Shown: positions 62,791 to 64,000 of the stretch, one piece after another | Layout of the letters: each line of letters starts with the position of its first letter | Numbering within the stretch: position 1 is the first letter of the stretch | Source: an uncultured archaeon | GTDB lineage: Archaea > Asgardarchaeota > Lokiarchaeia > Sigyniarchaeales > SOKP01 | Assembly: GCA_964486045.1 (NCBI GenBank) | Contig: CAZALK010000001.1 | Coordinates: forward strand, 392,242 to 456,241 | Reading direction: 5' to 3' | Length of the DNA stretch: 64,000 bases | Translations under genes and position numbers: made by a program | Notes under the pieces: model-generated | What the model saw: only the letters and a program-made list of their open reading frames with translations | What the model was told of the DNA's origin: nothing | Database searches by the model: none

Positions 62791-62949
62791 TTATTCCTCA
62801 ATTTTTTTAGAAAATATTTTATGTCGTATAAAAGTAGAGAGAGGTACATCTCCAGCCCTTTTTTTTAATTCTTTCTTTTCATCATTGGTAAGATATACAC
62901 AACAGTAAGCATTACGTTTTTCACTTTCTAATTTTCTTGTGTTTGCCAT
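62791..62949 (-). CDS. Small RHH (MobC-like) protein
   Basis: MANTRKLESEKRNAYCCVYLTNDEKKELKKRAGDVPLSTFIRHKIF... Confidence 0.6.
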   Translation of the reverse strand: MANTRKLESEKRNAYCCVYLTNDEKKELKKRAGDVPLSTFIRHKIFSKKIEE

Positions 62950-63218
62950 ATTTTAAAAATACCTATTTTTATAGTTTTTATATATATCAAATGTAATTTA
63001 ACTTAATATTTAAATGGAATTATTTTCTCTGTCAATTTATTGATTCCACTTATTTAATTAATTATTTTTTATTATGGGACTATTAGATGATTATTAAATA
63101 ATTATTAGTTCGTTATTAAGTGATTATTAAGTGAAGAAAAGATATAGAAATGATTAGGAGTTAATTTGTCTATTAAAATTAAAAAGATATGAGGATGAAG
63201 CAGCGAAACAAAAAAAAT

Positions 63219-63422
63219 TTAGATTTTATAATTCATTAACTTATTTATTATACTTATTAGATCTCTAAAAGTGTTTTTATTATCCTCTGTTAAATTATGT
63301 TGCTTTAGTTGATTCTCATAAAATTTTATAGCCGATTGTGCAACTGGCACAAAATAATTTTTATCATAGTTAGGTTGCTTCCAGGTACTCATATCCACAG
63401 GTATTTTTTCAATCTGTTCCAT
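63219..63422 (-). CDS. Hypothetical MGE protein
   Basis: 67-aa ORF in an operon. Confidence 0.55.
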   Translation of the reverse strand: MEQIEKIPVDMSTWKQPNYDKNYFVPVAQSAIKFYENQLKQHNLTEDNKNTFRDLISIINKLMNYKI

Positions 63423-63425
63423 TTT

Positions 63426-63857
63426 TTAATTCACCATTATTATTGGAATTGGTGGACTTACAAGTTCTTCAATTGGATTAATAGGTTTTAGGACATCATG
63501 ATAATTAAAATCCTCTGTAAAAATAACCTTTAATTCTTTAACTACAACATTGAATACTATTTTATATTCATTCTTGACTTCCTTAATTTCTTTTGGAATA
63601 TCCAAGTTAAGCTCTGAATCTCTTGAACCATTAACAAAGACTTTATGTTTAATTTGGTGTTTTAGAAAGTTGTTATCAAGTTCTAACTTCCTAACTCTGT
63701 TTAATAATTCCTCTAATATTGTATTGTTTAGTTGTTCTGGTTGTTCTTTTGATTTCTGTAATTGAATTATTCTATGGCATTTTAAACCATATCCACGTTT
63801 TATTGATTCAGGATTTTTTAAAATTCTATTACATCTTTTACATTTAATTTCTGACAT
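63426..63857 (-). CDS. DUF6011-like Zn-finger protein with coiled coil
   Basis: CKRCNRILKNPESIKRGYGLKC. Confidence 0.65.
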   Translation of the reverse strand: MSEIKCKRCNRILKNPESIKRGYGLKCHRIIQLQKSKEQPEQLNNTILEELLNRVRKLELDNNFLKHQIKHKVFVNGSRDSELNLDIPKEIKEVKNEYKIVFNVVVKELKVIFTEDFNYHDVLKPINPIEELVSPPIPIIMVN

Positions 63858-63860
63858 TTC

Positions 63861-64000
63861 TTACATCAACTCCTTGAAATATTCTTTGAATGCAAGCCAC
63901 ATGTTATATTTTGCATCCCATTTTATCTTGCCGTCTTTCTGCACTCCCCACACAGAAGAAATTGATTTGTCTAAATTATCAAACAAGACTTTTATGTGAG
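63861..64000 (-). CDS. Partial ORF (5' end outside the window)
   Basis: ...HIKVLFDNLDKSISSVWGVQKDGKIKWDAKYNMWLAFKEYFKELM*. Confidence 0.5.
   Translation of the reverse strand, partial: HIKVLFDNLDKSISSVWGVQKDGKIKWDAKYNMWLAFKEYFKELM

Larger units (their letters stand above)
53100..64000. mobile_element. Integrated plasmid- or virus-like element (left boundary approximate; continues past the window)
   Basis: Very AT-rich; ParB, P-loop helicase, RHH ORFs, iterons, DUF3800; no core genes; integrase not seen. Confidence 0.75.

Overview
Low-GC archaeal chromosome segment, most likely Asgard/Lokiarchaeia. This is inferred from GatDE, TFB, the exosome-proteasome operon, a profilin-like gene and a Loki-type LRR protein. 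Bases 1-52.7 kb are mainly core genes: acyl-CoA dehydrogenase, two B12 radical SAMs, PPi-PFK, ZPR1, porCDAB, Sua5, THUMP, KEOPS, an ECF module, psmA-sdo1-rrp4-rrp41-rrp42-rpl37ae-pcc1-pfdB, TFB, uL2, GatDE, Elp3 and pyrDK. There are four tRNAs (Val-TAC, Ser-GCT, Ser-TGA, Lys-CTT), several tandem paralog pairs and a rearranged JAB/LRR patch at 32.6-35.4 kb. From about 53 kb to the window end lies an AT-rich integrated mobile element carrying DUF3800, ParB, a P-loop replication helicase, RHH proteins and iterons. Main highlights: (1) two inverted ~400-460 bp hairpin-rich non-coding elements (54.4-54.8 kb and 58.3-58.7 kb) with conserved blocks, compensatory base changes and a dif-like inner end, bracketing a ParB/zinc-hook cassette with a palindrome array; (2) a tRNA-Ser(GCT) with a BHB T-loop intron plus a 49-nt insertion after the acceptor 5' strand; (3) a candidate ncRNA downstream of DUF3800; (4) RHH-HisKA-REC regulators with no kinase domain; (5) an active/pseudo nucleotidyltransferase pair. 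All family calls are by-eye motif recognition; no database searches were run.
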